Part shown: piece by piece, positions 1-12,139 of the stretch
Numbering within the stretch: the first letter of the stretch is position 1
How the letters are laid out: every line of letters begins with the position of its first letter
NCBI RefSeq assembly: GCF_018350175.1
Contig: NC_058373.1
Location: 104,100,001-104,164,000, forward strand
Origin: Felis catus
Taxonomy: Eukaryota
Direction of reading: 5' to 3'
DNA length: 64,000 nt
The notes under the pieces: generated by a model
Seen by the model: the letters and a program-made list of their open reading frames with translations, nothing else
Told to the model about the DNA's origin: nothing
Database searches by the model: none
Program-made: the position numbers and the translations under genes

Positions 1-244
1 CTTGTTATGTTCTTGATTTTATGAAATGTGTTTGTTATATATAGGTCCAAATACAGAAAAAAAAATGGAGATTATTTCAGATTAAAGATTTGTAAACAAA
101 CTTTTGCTTTCTTATTCCTTTCGCTATTATCTAACATATTTATTATGCACACAAGTTCATCTAAAATCTGATTCAAAGCTACAAAACGATTTCCATTTTG
201 AACAAAGTAAAAAGCAATATGTTTTATTTTGAAATAAAAACTTT

Positions 245-462
245 GGGGATGTCTGGGTGGCTCAGTCGGTTGAGTGTCCAACTCTTGATTTTGGCTCAGG
301 TCTTGATGTCACAGCTCCATGGATTTGAGCCCACATCGGGCTCTATGCTGACAGTGTAGAGCCTGCTTGGGATTCTCTCTCTCTCTCCCTTTCTCTCTTC
401 CTCTCACGTGTGCATGCTCTCTCTCTCCCTCAAAACAAATAAATAGACTTAAAAAAATAATA
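245..462 (+). mobile_element. Can-SINE (older carnivore subfamily)
   Basis: tRNA-like head GGGTGGCTCAGTCGGTT, (CT)n tract, A-rich tail; 15-bp TSD AAATAAAAACTTTGG at 232-246 and 463-477. Confidence 0.95.
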
Positions 463-516
463 AAATAAAAACTTTGGATGCTCAGCACCAAATCCTAGTT
501 TTAGTACATAATTCCA

Positions 517-519
517 TAC

Positions 520-558
<39 letters not shown>

Positions 559-565
559 TATATAT
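517..565. repeat. (TA)n(CA)n microsatellite
   Basis: Seen directly. Confidence 0.95.
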
Positions 566-604
566 TTTTTTTAAATCAAATACAGAAACTTTGGCCAAAG
601 GTGA

Positions 605-1192
605 CAATATTAGTCAGGGTTCGGTTACAGAGAACAAAATCTACTCTGATTCACTGAGGCAGAAATGGATTTATTACATTGTACTGCATGGTTTATGGAA
701 TGGATGGGATCACCAAAGAAACAGATTTTAGGCTGAGTTTATAGGAACAGCCCAAAGTAGCAGACCTGTTCATTCTTCTTTTTTGTTTTTTATTTTTTTA
801 ATGTTTATTCATTTTTGAGAGGCAGAGAATGAGCAGGGGAGGGGCAGAGAGAGAGGGAGACACAGAATCTGAAGCAGGTTCCAGGCTGTGAGCTGTCAGC
901 ACAGAGCCCCATGTGGGGCTTGAACCCATGAACCGTGAGATCATGACCTGAGCCAAAGTCAGATGCTTAACCGACTGAGCCACCCAGGCGCCCCTCTGTT
1001 AATTCTTCTTAACTCAGCTCTATATTTGTGTTGAAAACACATCTGATTGGTGAAACCAAAGTACATCTGAGTTCCCAGCTGCAAGGGAGTGTAGGAAATG
1101 TCGTTTTTAACTTTCCAGCTCCTGCAGTACAGAAAAGCACTCAAAAAGGAGGTTGAATGGTGAGTGGGTCAATCCAAAGATATGCTTCAACA
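605..1192. mobile_element. Old MaLR (MLT1-like) LTR interrupted by a SINE
   Basis: Starts TATTAGTCAGGGTTC; CTGATTGG...CCCAGCTGCAAGGGAG..GGAAATG resembles old MLT1 LTRs. Confidence 0.5.
778..994 (-). mobile_element. Can-SINE
   Basis: Reverse complement of GGGGCGCCTGGGTGGCTCAGTCGG head at 994; TSD CTGTT(C/A)ATTCTTCT. Confidence 0.95.
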
Positions 1193-1592
1193 ATTGAGTA
1201 GAAGAATGTCAATTAACATGCTCAGAGATTTCTATTACTATTTTGCTGAGGGATTGTTGTAATCTCTCTCTACAGAGTTTCTATTCAGATACCAAGATTG
1301 ATGGAAGGCAAGAAGTGTGGTGGACTGAACATGTGTAAAGACCAAACAGGTCGGAAAGACAAGTTGGTAAAGTCATTAATTAGCCTTCTCTTTATACTTC
1401 GCCTTGCTTAAATAACACTTCATGTTTTAAAGAAATAGCTTTGTTATCATTTGAACTTCTTAATGTAATTATGTATGTTCCATAAAATTTGCACACGCTT
1501 TTCAAATCTAAACCCAATTTCACTCATCAATAGCCTTTGATAAAGCAGAGATTTTTAGTTAAATAATTGTCTTTTTAAATTGACTAGCAATA

Positions 1593-1817
1593 GGGGCGCC
1601 TGGGTGGCACAGTCGGTTAAGCATCCGACTTCAGCCAGGTCACGATCTCGCGGTCCGTGAGTTCGAGCCCTGCGTCGGGCTCTGGGCTGATGGCTCAGAG
1701 CCTGGAGCCTGTTTCTGATTCTGTGTCTCCCTCTCTCTCTGCCCCTCCCCTGTTCATGCTCGGTCTCTCTCTGTCCCAAAATAAATAAATAAACGTTGAA
1801 AAAAAAATTAAAAAAAA
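1593..1817 (+). mobile_element. Young felid SINE (SINEC_Fc-like)
   Basis: GACTTCAGCCAGGTCACGATCTCGCGG variant, CpG-rich; perfect 16-bp TSD AAATTGACTAGCAATA. Confidence 0.97.
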
Positions 1818-2339
1818 AATTGACTAGCAATAAATGCTTCGTTCATAGGTTCTTTTTTTCTGAGTTCTTACCTGCAGGCGTATTCTCAATTAATGGTACA
1901 CATAATCTTCATATATTTTTCTGTCTTTCAACATATAGTTGTGGGTATCTGTTCTTAATCTGCCACTGGCAAGGATGTTGATTTATGATTGCCCTCTCCA
2001 CTGTCTCTGCTAGAAAAATATTATTCAGTCTTCCAGACTCAACCTGAATATATCTTCCTTTGAGAAGGCTTTCCAAATTCCTTGTCAGAATTTTATTATT
2101 TTCACTCTTTCTCTATACTGTCACTATGGGAAGACTTAATGTTGTGTACTATAATGGATATACCCGTCTGTAAGCCTGCTCTACCCCTCATACTGAGAGC
2201 CAGTTAGAAACAGGTTTTAGTGATATGACTACCCAGGAGACTGGGGTTGGGGGTGTGGGTATGAATGGACTGGGAATTGAGGAAGGTCCTCCAAAGGAAA
2301 ATTTATGTGCTCTTAATGGAAGGAGAAGGAGGGAAATTA

Positions 2340-2625
2340 GTGAATGCCTACCACACAATGCAGACAGAACACATCAAAGGCATTATACTGAGCAGACTAA
2401 AGTCAGTCTCAAAGCCCACATACTGCACGATTCCACATATATAACACTCTCCACATGACAAAACTGTAGAAATGGAGAACATATCAGTGGTTGCCAGGGG
2501 TTAGGGATGGTGGTGAAGAAGGAAAGTGGGTGGGACTATAAAGCAGTGGCACAAAGGAGGTCTGTGTAGCAAGGGCATAGTTCTCCATGTCAGCTGTGGT
2601 GGTGGTTATACAAATCCACATGTGA
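2340..2625 (+). mobile_element. Old L1M 3' UTR fragment
   Basis: GGCATTATACTGAG...GAAATGGAGAACATATCAGTGGTTGCCAGGGG motif typical of L1MB/MC 3' ends. Confidence 0.7.
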
Positions 2626-2924
2626 AGATCAGAATTCTGGAGGAAAGAAAATGTGATCCAAGAAAATCATATCCAATGAGGCAAACGTTGTTCTTGTAGG
2701 AAAGCTACAGGCAGATATTCTCAAATTAAAAACAAACAACCAAAAAAACCCCTCAGAAACTGAGCATGCATACACCTTTCTCGAAAAAACTACTTGGCAA
2801 TAAAATTCATCGTATCCTGAGGTTAATCAAAATTCATAACTTAGGATGGAGAAGCGGTTAAAAATAGCCGGCCATGACCATCATGTTCATTTAAATGTAT
2901 TAAATGAGTTAGTATGATACATTT

Positions 2925-3140
2925 TTATTTTTTTAATGTTTATTTATTTATTTTTGAGAGAAAGAGAGAGAGCACAGTCTGTGTGAAAGTGGGGGAGGAG
3001 CAGAGAGAGAGAATTTCAAGCAGGCTCTACACTGTCAGCACAGGGCCTGATGCAGGGCTCACATCCACGAACTATGAGATCATGACCTGAGCTGAAACCA
3101 GGAATTGGATGCTTAACCAACTGAATCACTCAGGCTCCCC
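2925..3140 (-). mobile_element. Can-SINE
   Basis: Reverse SINE head at 3140; TSD AGTAT(G/A)ATACATTTTTA. Confidence 0.93.
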
Positions 3141-3469
3141 AAAGTATAATACATTTTTAAAGATCAGAATCTCAGTATTATAAACATGGGTATTGTACAA
3201 ATAATAACAAACATTAAAATGTGAAAATAAAGCATATTTCATGGAAAAGCTGAATTGATATATCTCATATTGAAACATATATAACTCCAATTCAAAGTTC
3301 ATCATAATCTGTTTTCTTAAACTTAGAGATATCTTTTGGAAAACACGAATCGTACTGTGAAAAATGTTTAGTTAAAATTCACCAATGCCTAAAGTTTCTT
3401 TTTTTTCCTTCATAAATTAAAGGGAAGTCTCATGTATTTTTTTTTTGGTTTTATTAAAAATAAGTTCTA

Positions 3470-3698
3470 GGGGCGCCTGGGTGGTGCAGTCGGTTAAGCG
3501 TCCGACTTCAGCCGGGTCACGATCTCGCGGTCCGTGAGTTCGAGCCCGCCTCAGGCTCTGGGCTGATGGCTCGGAGCCTGGAGCCTGTTTCCGATTCTGT
3601 GTCTCCCTCTCTCTCTGCCCCTCCCCCGTTCATGCTCTGTCTCTCTCTGTCCCAAAAATAAATTAAAAAAAAACGTTGAAAAAAAAATAAAAAAATAA
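3470..3698 (+). mobile_element. Young felid SINE (SINEC_Fc-like)
   Basis: Near-consensus, CpG-rich; TSD AAAATAAGTTCTAG. Confidence 0.97.
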
Positions 3699-4056
3699 AA
3701 TAAGTTCTAGATTATGGTCCCCGTTTTATAAAAGCATTTTTTTGTCTGTCTGTCTCTCCATGTGTGTGTATACATAGATATCTGAAAACATATTCATCTA
3801 ATGTAATGTTAACAATATTATTTGGGAATGATTGAATTTGAGGTGATTTTTAAATATTTAGTATTATTCTTCAATGTCTGCTTCTTTTCTGTATGTATGT
3901 TTCTTTTTTTATAAAACGAGTGGCTTTTTTTCTTACCAAATAATACAGATAGAAAGTATGTCACTAAATCAACAGTTGTTATTTCTATGTGGCAGGTTTA
4001 TTTAAAAATTATTCCTCCTTTGGACTTTAATTTTCAGAAATAAAATAATATTTAAC

Positions 4057-4279
4057 TTTTTTTTAAAATTTTTTTTCAATGTTTATTTATTTTTGGGACA
4101 GAGAGAGACAGAGCATGAACGGGGGAGGGGCAGAGAGAGAGGGAGACACAGAATCGGAAACAGGCTCCAGGCTCTGAGCCATCAGCCAAGAGCCTGACGC
4201 GGGGCTCGAACTCCTGGACCGCGAGATCGTGACCTGGCTGAAGTCGGACGCTTAACCGACTGTGCCACCCAGGCGCCCC
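4057..4279 (-). mobile_element. Young felid SINE (SINEC_Fc-like)
   Basis: Near-consensus reverse copy; TSD TATTTAACTTT. Confidence 0.97.
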
Positions 4280-4489
4280 AGTATTTAACTTTTATGAAGA
4301 AGATGAGAGGCAACCCAAGCAGCAAAGAAAGACTTTTTCGATACCTGAAATTTAGTGTTGAATTTAAGGCTAAAGAACAACAGCTTAGGAGGACAGGAGG
4401 ATCGAGAAACACTGGGCTCCATTTTTAGGTTCTTTCTCTGTACTGCTCTAAATCACTTAACATTTTTTATTTCTTGGTAGTTGGATGTG

Positions 4490-4800
4490 CACACTGATGG
4501 ACTGTGGGACCACCATGTCAATGATCTGGGTTGTCAATAAAAGACGTAGTGCTAGAGAGTTTCTCAACCCCACTGATTTGTTTCGGGTCACGTGGTTTTA
4601 TTTGCTGCCCTGGGAAAGGACTGGGCACACCTTCCAGTCAAATGGAAGCTTCTCTGGAATTGGGAGATGACCAAGAAGGTGTGGAGCAAGCTGAAGGTAT
4701 TGTGGAGATCTTAGTAGAGAAATCGGAGAAGAGATGGCATCTAGAGCAAGAAAATATACTTCAGGCACCACCTAAGAGGGGTAGGCATCAAAGCCCCTTG
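4490..4800 (+). mobile_element. Possible L3/CR1 LINE ORF2 3' remnant
   Basis: Colinear degenerate matches to recalled CR1 motifs (GATCTGGGTTGTCAATAAAAG, CTGGGCACACC, GACCAAGAAGGTG, GGAGAAGAGA). Confidence 0.4.
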
Positions 4801-5154
4801 GTGTAAAATGCTCTAGCTTCCAAGAAAGCCCCATGGCTTGGGACCCAAGCATCACTTTACAATGAGCTTCCCATTAAATACCGTTGCTATTCAAACCCAA
4901 TCCACTGTAAGATTTACTTTTTTTGCAAGTATTTCCAAAGATCCTACCTTAACTTTGGCTTACATTCATTTGCAGCTTTGTGTGGGGTCTTCCACCTACA
5001 TGAAGGTAAAGAGAGTAGGGGACTTGACCAAATATGACCACTCTTGCTGTGAAGCACACTTTCCATGACCTGTGTCTAGAGAAATGTCCTGGAGTCGGAG
5101 AGAAGAGCTCTCCTTCCTGGAGGTTAAATTACAACTTAGAGGAGGATCTGCTAA

Positions 5155-5350
5155 TCAAAACAGCTGACATTTCTCAGGAACCTAACGTGGGCCTGCAACC
5201 TTACTAAGTATTGGACGTTGAGTATCTTGTTTAATCCTTATGATCTCTATTATTCTCATGTTGTAGATAAAGAAATTGAGGATTGAGGAAGTTAAGAAAC
5301 TTGCCTGAGTTTACATGGTCACTTAGCTGGGTAGCACAGTATCCCGACTC
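5155..5350 (-). mobile_element. MIR
   Basis: Reverse MIR core TGTAGATAAAGAAATTGAGG...GTTAAGAAACTTGCC. Confidence 0.75.
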
Positions 5351-5680
5351 AGTTTTGACTTTCCTGAACATTGTACATCCTTATGGATGCCGACTGGTAA
5401 GAGGGAGGATAAGTAAGACTGGTGGTGACCACAATGCATGATCTACTTCGGCACCGGAAGGCAGAATTCCTCTTCTTGGTTTTAAACCCCAGAACAACCT
5501 CCTTATATATTAAGGCCACATGTAACAATATCAAAAACATAAATTTAAAATAACGATCCAGATAATGCCTATTTTATAAAAAAAACAAAAAACAAAAAAC
5601 CACACCTAGCCACTTAAAAACCCTCTGAATTTACCAGAATACAAAGGAAAGAATAATTTAACGTCCTTTATAAAAATGCA

Positions 5681-5870
5681 GGGACACCTGGGTGGCTCAG
5701 TCGGTTAATCATCTGATTCTTGATTTTTCATGTTTTGTGGGATCAAGCCCTGTGTTGGGCTCTGTGCTGACAGCATGGAGCCTGGTTGGGATTCTGTCTC
5801 TGGCACTCTCTCTCTACTCCTCCCCTACTCACACACTCACTCTCGAAACAAACAAACAAACATTTAAAAA
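5681..5870 (+). mobile_element. Can-SINE (older)
   Basis: SINE head, CT tract, decayed tail. Confidence 0.92.
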
Positions 5871-5880
5871 GTGCATAGAG

Positions 5881-6097
5881 GGGGCGCCTGGGTGGCGCAG
5901 TCGGTTAAGCGTCCGACTTCAGCCAGGTCACGATCTCGCGGTCCGTGAGTTCGAGCCCCGCGTCGGGCTCTGGGCTGATGGCTCAGAGCCTGGAGCCTGT
6001 TTCCGATTCTGTGTCTCCCTCTCTCTCTGCCCCTCCCCCGTTCATGCTCTGTCTCTGTCCAAAAAATAAATAAACGTTGAAAAAAAAATTAAAAAAA
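5881..6097 (+). mobile_element. Young felid SINE inserted at the tail of the preceding SINE
   Basis: Near-consensus; perfect TSD AAAAAGTGCATAGAG. Confidence 0.97.
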
Positions 6098-6752
6098 AAA
6101 AGTGCATAGAGGTATAACAATTTCTCTTATGATGCAAGACCATTTAACATGTCTGAAGTCATGGGTGTTTGGAACCTATGTAGAAACATTGCTTCCCTGG
6201 GTGAACCAAAAAAAAAAAAGAAATTTTGCTTCCTCACAAGATACATAATTTTAATCAGACCATAATATTTTCTGTTTAAGGACCTCAGATGATGGATAAG
6301 GCAAAAACCACTTTTTTTTTTTTGCTCAATGTGCAATTTTTATTAGTTTTACACATAATTTTGCTTCCTATCTAGTGTCCTACTGAATGTTGCTTATTCA
6401 GACTAGTAAATCAGTTTGTTTTCCTTGAGTGTAAATCAACTAAGTTGGAGAGAGTATTCAACATGTTAAGGAGTAAAAATATACCAAGTGGCAATAAACA
6501 CACATTTCCCGCATAGATCATCTGGTACAGAAGCCTGAAATCAGTATTCTTTGAGGACTCTGAAGAAGTCTGCCCTCACGAAATTTATAGCCTAGTTGTA
6601 GAGACAAAATATGCACATGTTAGACACCTTAAAATTTTGAAACCACACATTAGCAAAAGCAAAAGAGAAAAGATGTGAAATATAATTAGATACAAAAGTG
6701 TTAAGGATATGAGAAGACCAGGATGATTTCAATGAAGATATAACTAGTAAGG

Positions 6753-6917
6753 GTTTTTTTTTTAAGTTTATTTATTTATTTTAAGACAAGAGAAAGCTCA
6801 AGTGGGGGAGGGGAAGAGAGATAGATTGAGAGAGAATCTCAGGCTTGAACTCATGAAGTATGAGATCATGACTAGAGCTAAGTCAGATGCTTAACCGACT
6901 GAGCCACCCAGGTGCCC
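6753..6917 (-). mobile_element. Can-SINE with internal deletion
   Basis: Head and tail present, central segment missing. Confidence 0.9.
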
Positions 6918-7606
6918 TGTAAGTGAAGAGTTTTGAACTGAGCTCTCCATGAAGTCTTCCTAGGACGAAACAGACTTCCTAGTCTCAGTTAAATAAAAGT
7001 TGCCGCTTGATCTTTTCTTCTTCATATTAAATATGCCAAGAGACATACATGGTCTTGTATCAGTAGAGTTACACAGTGAACTCTGTTTTTCCTTTAACAA
7101 ATAGGAAAGGCTTTCAATATCTCTCTTGATTTCTCTTTGAGAAATAAATATTTCAATGCATTTCTTAGATATCAGAGGCTAACAAGGCCATATGTAAATT
7201 GCCTTTCATTCCATCCACATTTGAATTTATTTGAGAAGAAGAGCATGGCCACAAACATCTCAATCTAATATACATTTTAGGATAAATAGCTATTGGTTCT
7301 ATTAACTTATGCCAAGGTGAGGAGTTGGATGACTTATGGTGAGTAAAGAAAATGTCACTGTACAATCACATATAGATAAAAACTGAAATACACAACACAA
7401 AGTAGATTGTTAGCTACAGAAGATACTGAACATATCATGGTGCTTTTCTTGGAGTGACTTTCACTTCACTTCTGTACACAGAAGTTCAGAAATCAACTTC
7501 TTTACCAATCTGCTTTTTTGCCATGAGCATGTCTCTCAACCCAGTCACTGCAAGTTCTCTTATCATAGTTCCTATTATAAATGCCTTCAAATCCCAAACT
7601 GTTATC

Positions 7607-7828
7607 TTTTTTTTTAATTTTTTAACGTTTATTTATTATTGAGAGACAGAGAGACACAGAGCATGAGCAAGGGAGAGGCCAAGAGATGGAGAGACGCAGA
7701 ATCTGAAGCAGGCTCCAGGCTCTGAGCTGTCAGCACAGAGCCCTACACGGGGCTCGAACTCACAAACCGCAAGATCATGACCTGAGCTGAAGTTGGATGC
7801 TTAACCGACTGAGCCACCCAGGCGCCCC
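7607..7828 (-). mobile_element. Can-SINE
   Basis: Reverse head at 7828; TSD CCCAAACTGT(T/A)ATCTT. Confidence 0.95.
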
Positions 7829-7929
7829 ATCCCCAAACTGTAATCTTGGCATGATTCATAATAACCAGATAGCTGTAAAAGAAATCCTAAGGGAGTCATT
7901 TCTGTCCCCTGAACTTCCACTCTGCTCTT

Positions 7930-7936
7930 TATATAT

Positions 7937-7980
<44 letters not shown>

Positions 7981-7999
7981 GTATATATATACACGTATA

Positions 8000-8042
<43 letters not shown>
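7930..8042. repeat. Compound (TA)(CA)n-(TG)n(TA) microsatellite, self-complementary
   Basis: Seen directly. Confidence 0.95.
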
Positions 8043-8381
8043 CTGTGCAAAATACAGAGGCGAACATGGATCTAACTCATTGTTATAGGTCAGCTTCAGC
8101 ATAAGCATCCCACATTGTGAGAACACTCATTAGATTTCACTAACCACTAATGGAAATTGTCACAAGAAAGCATTGGAGAAGGTGCAGTTCAGTAAGTTGG
8201 ACTCCATATCCTTAACACATACATACACACTCTCTGTCTCTCACTCTATTCCACTTTGTCCCCCCTCCCCACGTTTTTTTAACATTGTAGATATCCGTCT
8301 ACTATTTCCTTTGAAAAAAGTGTTCTGCCACTTTAAAAACATATGTTTGAAAACTGTTTAAAAAAAAAAACCTATTGTTCT

Positions 8382-8602
8382 GGGCGCCTGGGTGGCTCAG
8401 TCGGTTGAGTGTCCGACTTCGGCTCAGGTCATGATCTCACAGCTTGTGAGTTCGAGCCCTGCGTCAGGCTCTGTGCTGACAGCTAGGAGCCTGGAGCCTG
8501 CTGAGCCTGCTTCAGATTCTGTGCCTCCCTCTCTCTCTCTGCCCTAACCCACTCCCATTCTGTCTCTGTCTATCTCAATAATAAATAAACATTAAAAAAA
8601 AA
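8382..8602 (+). mobile_element. Can-SINE
   Basis: Head, CT tract, tail; TSD CCTATTGTTCTG; internal duplication of GAGCCTGCT. Confidence 0.95.
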
Positions 8603-8672
8603 CCCCTATTGTTCTGAAAGATGAGGTATAATACAGTACAACTTGTCTTTTAACCTAAAACTGCTATATTTA

Positions 8673-8805
8673 AGGGTGCCTGGTTGGCTCAGTCAGAAGA
8701 GCATGTGACTGTAGATCTCAGGGTTGGGAGTTCAACCCCCATGTTGGGTATAGAGATGACTTAAATAAATAAATAAATAAATAAATACATAGATACATAC
8801 ATAAA
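8673..8805 (+). mobile_element. Short old Can-SINE (tRNA-like head plus (TAAA)n tail, no CT tract)
   Basis: GGCTCAGTCAGAAGAGCATGTGACT...GTTCAACCCCC; TSD CTGCTATA. Confidence 0.85.
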
Positions 8806-9185
8806 TCTGCTATACTTAAATTTGAATTCTTAGTAGAAAATACTGTATATCAGTGAAGAGAAATCCAGAAAAATAATTAGTTTATCAAATAAAATGCATT
8901 CAAAACAAGTGAAATGAAAGAGTAGTATTTAGTAGGTCAAAACTCATGTCTTTTTTCTGAGACAAGAAACGTGTTTGAGAGACCCTACTTGTATCTTACT
9001 CAAAGAGTCTAAATGAAAATTCTTTGCATGAATTTAAGATTATATGAACATAAAATTGTCGTCTCATGAAACACATTTGTGCTTTTTAGGATTCTGCTCT
9101 TGTGCATACATAAACCCACAAGAATGGGCTCAGTCCAGTTACCTAAGAATTATCTACTTTAAACACGGGTGCCTTGTGTTTCATT

Positions 9186-9365
9186 TCATTTTATTTTATT
9201 TTTTAATTTATTTCTTTCTTTTGAGGGGGGAGGGGCAGAAAGAGAGGGAGAGAGAGAGAAACACTGACAGTGCAGAGCCTGATGCAGGGCTTGAACTCAA
9301 GAACCATGAGATGGCGACCTGAGCCGAAGTCAGACACTTAACCAACTGACCCACACAGGCGCCCC
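9186..9365 (-). mobile_element. Can-SINE
   Basis: Reverse head at 9365; TSD TGTTTCATTT. Confidence 0.92.
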
Positions 9366-9799
9366 TCATGTTTCATTTTAGGCTCCTTCTGATTGGATGC
9401 TGCCACAATACTGGTCTTAGGGGAAGCTGCCCTTGTCAATGGCAGACACTCAAATCAACTTGAAGTTGCTGATATCTTTTATCGTGACCATTGTTCAGAA
9501 AACAGAGTCAATAAAGAACTTTGAAACAAAGTCCGCTTGATTTTTACTTCAAATGAGTGTGATATCTAACAATAATAACTAACTGAGCATTACAGTTTCC
9601 AAGTGAGCTTTCATTACCTCCTAGCTCATTTGGTCTTCCGAATAGCCTCACATGATGAGTACTATCACATTCTTTTTCTGTTGTATTGAGACTGGGAGAG
9701 GTGGGAGGCCAATTTGACAGAAACTCAGATTTTCTGACTCCGAATTCCTCACAGAAAGCAAGCTTACCTCTGATTTAAAGCTTGACTATATCTAACGTA

Positions 9800-9888
9800 G
9801 TAAACATTGAGTAATGTACAGAATTATGGAGTAATTATGTCACACATCTGAAACCAATATAAATTATATATCAGCTATACTGCAATAA

Positions 9889-9924
<36 letters not shown>

Positions 9925-9938
9925 AAATAAATAATAAA
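9800..9938 (+). mobile_element. L1 extreme 3' tip with (TAAA)n tail
   Basis: CTGAAACCAATATAA...TCAGCTATAC followed by A-rich tail. Confidence 0.7.
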
Positions 9939-10510
9939 GCTCAATGTGCTTTCATTCAAGGGCAATATCAAACTTTTGATATCTTATGAAGTCTATAGGC
10001 AAAAATTTCCTCTCTCCGTGTATTTCTTTGACACACTGTCTATAGAGAAGAGAATGGAGAGAGACGGCATTCTGATGTGAAGGTAAGTGAACATTTCAAG
10101 TACATTCTTGGATCCCATAAAAAATTTTTTACCAGTTTCTCCTATTATTTATTATAAATAGAGTCATGTGAATATGTATATACAAGAATGAATGCAAATT
10201 GAAAGCATCAAAATGCTTTCAAAATGCAATACAAGGGACTGGGGACTCAAATGCTATTGCAGAATTATGGCAATTAAGTTCTTAAAAGCAATCTTATTTC
10301 ATTCATGCTGAGCAACAATTATTCTGAGTTGATTTGTGACTGTGGAAGAAAAAGATCTTCATCATTTACAGTCATAACAGATCTTTTGACTACGTTGACT
10401 TGTATTTTCTAACTAGTCACTAGACAGTTACATTTAACGAATCAAGTTACTAATCTGTAATAATGGTCAAAGTAGATGTGTGCGAAATCACACTCAGCTT
10501 AAAACAAAGG

Positions 10511-11682
10511 AACACCAACATTTTTCACAAAGCTAGAACAAATAATTCTAAAATTTGTATGGAACCAGAAAAGACCCTGAATAGCCAAAGTAATGTTGAA
10601 CCCCCCCGCCCCCCCAAAAAAACTGGAGGCATCACAATTCTGGACTTCAGGCTGTATTATAAACCTGTAATCATCAAGACAGCATGGTACTGGCACAAAA
10701 ACAGACACACAGATCAGTGCAACAGAATAGAGAACCCAGAAATGGACCGACAAATGTATGGCCAGCTAATCTTCGACAAAGCAGGAAAGAATATCCAATG
10801 GAAAAAAGACATTCTCTTTAGCAAATGGTACTGGGAAAACTGGACAGTGACATGTAGAAGAGTGAACTTGGACCGCTTTCTTACACCATACACAAAAATC
10901 AACTCAAAATGTTTGAAAGACCTAAATGAGAAATAGTAAGCCATCAAAATCCTAGAGAAAACAGGCAGGAATCTCTTTGACCTTGGCTGCAGCAACTTCT
11001 TACTAGACAAGTCTCCGGAGGCAAGGGAAACAAAAGTGAACGTGAACTGTTAGGACCTCATCAAGGTAAAAAGCTTCTGCACGGCTAAGGAAACAATTAC
11101 CAAAACTACAAGGCAACCAACGGAATGGGAGAAGATATTTGCAAATGGCATATCAGATAAAGGGTTAGTATTCAAAATCTATAAAGAACTTAACCAAACT
11201 CAACACCCAAAATACAAATAATCCAGTGAAGAAATGGGCAGAAGACATGAATAGACACTTTTCCAGAGAAGACATCCAGATGACACTTGAAAAGATGCTC
11301 AGTATCGCTCATCATCAGGGAAATACAAATGAAAACCACATTAAGATACCACCTCACATCGGTCAAAGTGGCTAAAATTAACAACTCAGGAAACAACAGA
11401 CGTTGGTGACGATGTGGAGAAAGGGGAACCCTCTTGCACTGTTGGTGGGAATGCAAACTGGTGCAGCCACTCTGGAAAACAGTGTGGAGATTCCTCAAAA
11501 AATTAAAAATAGAATTACCCTATGACCTAGCAATAGCACTACTAGGAATTTATCCAAAGGTTACAAGAGTGCTGATTTGTAGGGGCACATGTACCCAATG
11601 TTTACAGCAGCACTATCAACAATAGCCAAATTATGGAAAGAATCCAAACGTCCATCGACTGATGAATGGATAAAGAAGAGGA

Positions 11683-11719
<37 letters not shown>

Positions 11720-12139
11720 GAATATTACTGAGCAATCAAAAAGAATAAAATCTTGCCATTTGCAACAATGTGGATGGAACTATAGCATATTATGCTAAGC
11801 GAAATAAGTCAGGCAGAGAAAGACAAATAAATGATTTCACTCATATGTGGAATATAAGAAAAAAACAGATGAACATAGAGGAAGGGAAGGAAAAATAAGA
11901 TAAAAACAAAAAGAGAGGCAAACCTTAAGCAATTCTTAAATGCAGAGAACAAATTGAGGGTTGCTAGAGGGGAATGGGGAGGATGGGCTAAATGGGTGAT
12001 GGGCTTTAAGGAGGGCGTTTGCTGGGATGACCACTGGGTGTCACATGTAAGGGATGAATCACTGGGTTCTACTCCTGAAACCAATACTCCACCATATGTT
12101 AACTAACTTGAATTTAAATGAATACATTTTTCAAAAAAG
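10511..12139 (+). mobile_element. 5'-truncated carnivore L1 (degraded ORF2 C-terminus plus 3' UTR)
   Basis: ORF2 motifs [50 protein letters not shown]; premature stops and frameshifts. Confidence 0.97.

Noticed and set aside
4531..4806. Acidic 91-aa ORF or processed pseudogene
   Set aside because: No recognisable parent; better explained as a CR1/L3 remnant or chance frame.
10463..11798. Functional L1 ORF2
   Set aside because: 5'-truncated with stops and frameshifts; no endonuclease or RT core.
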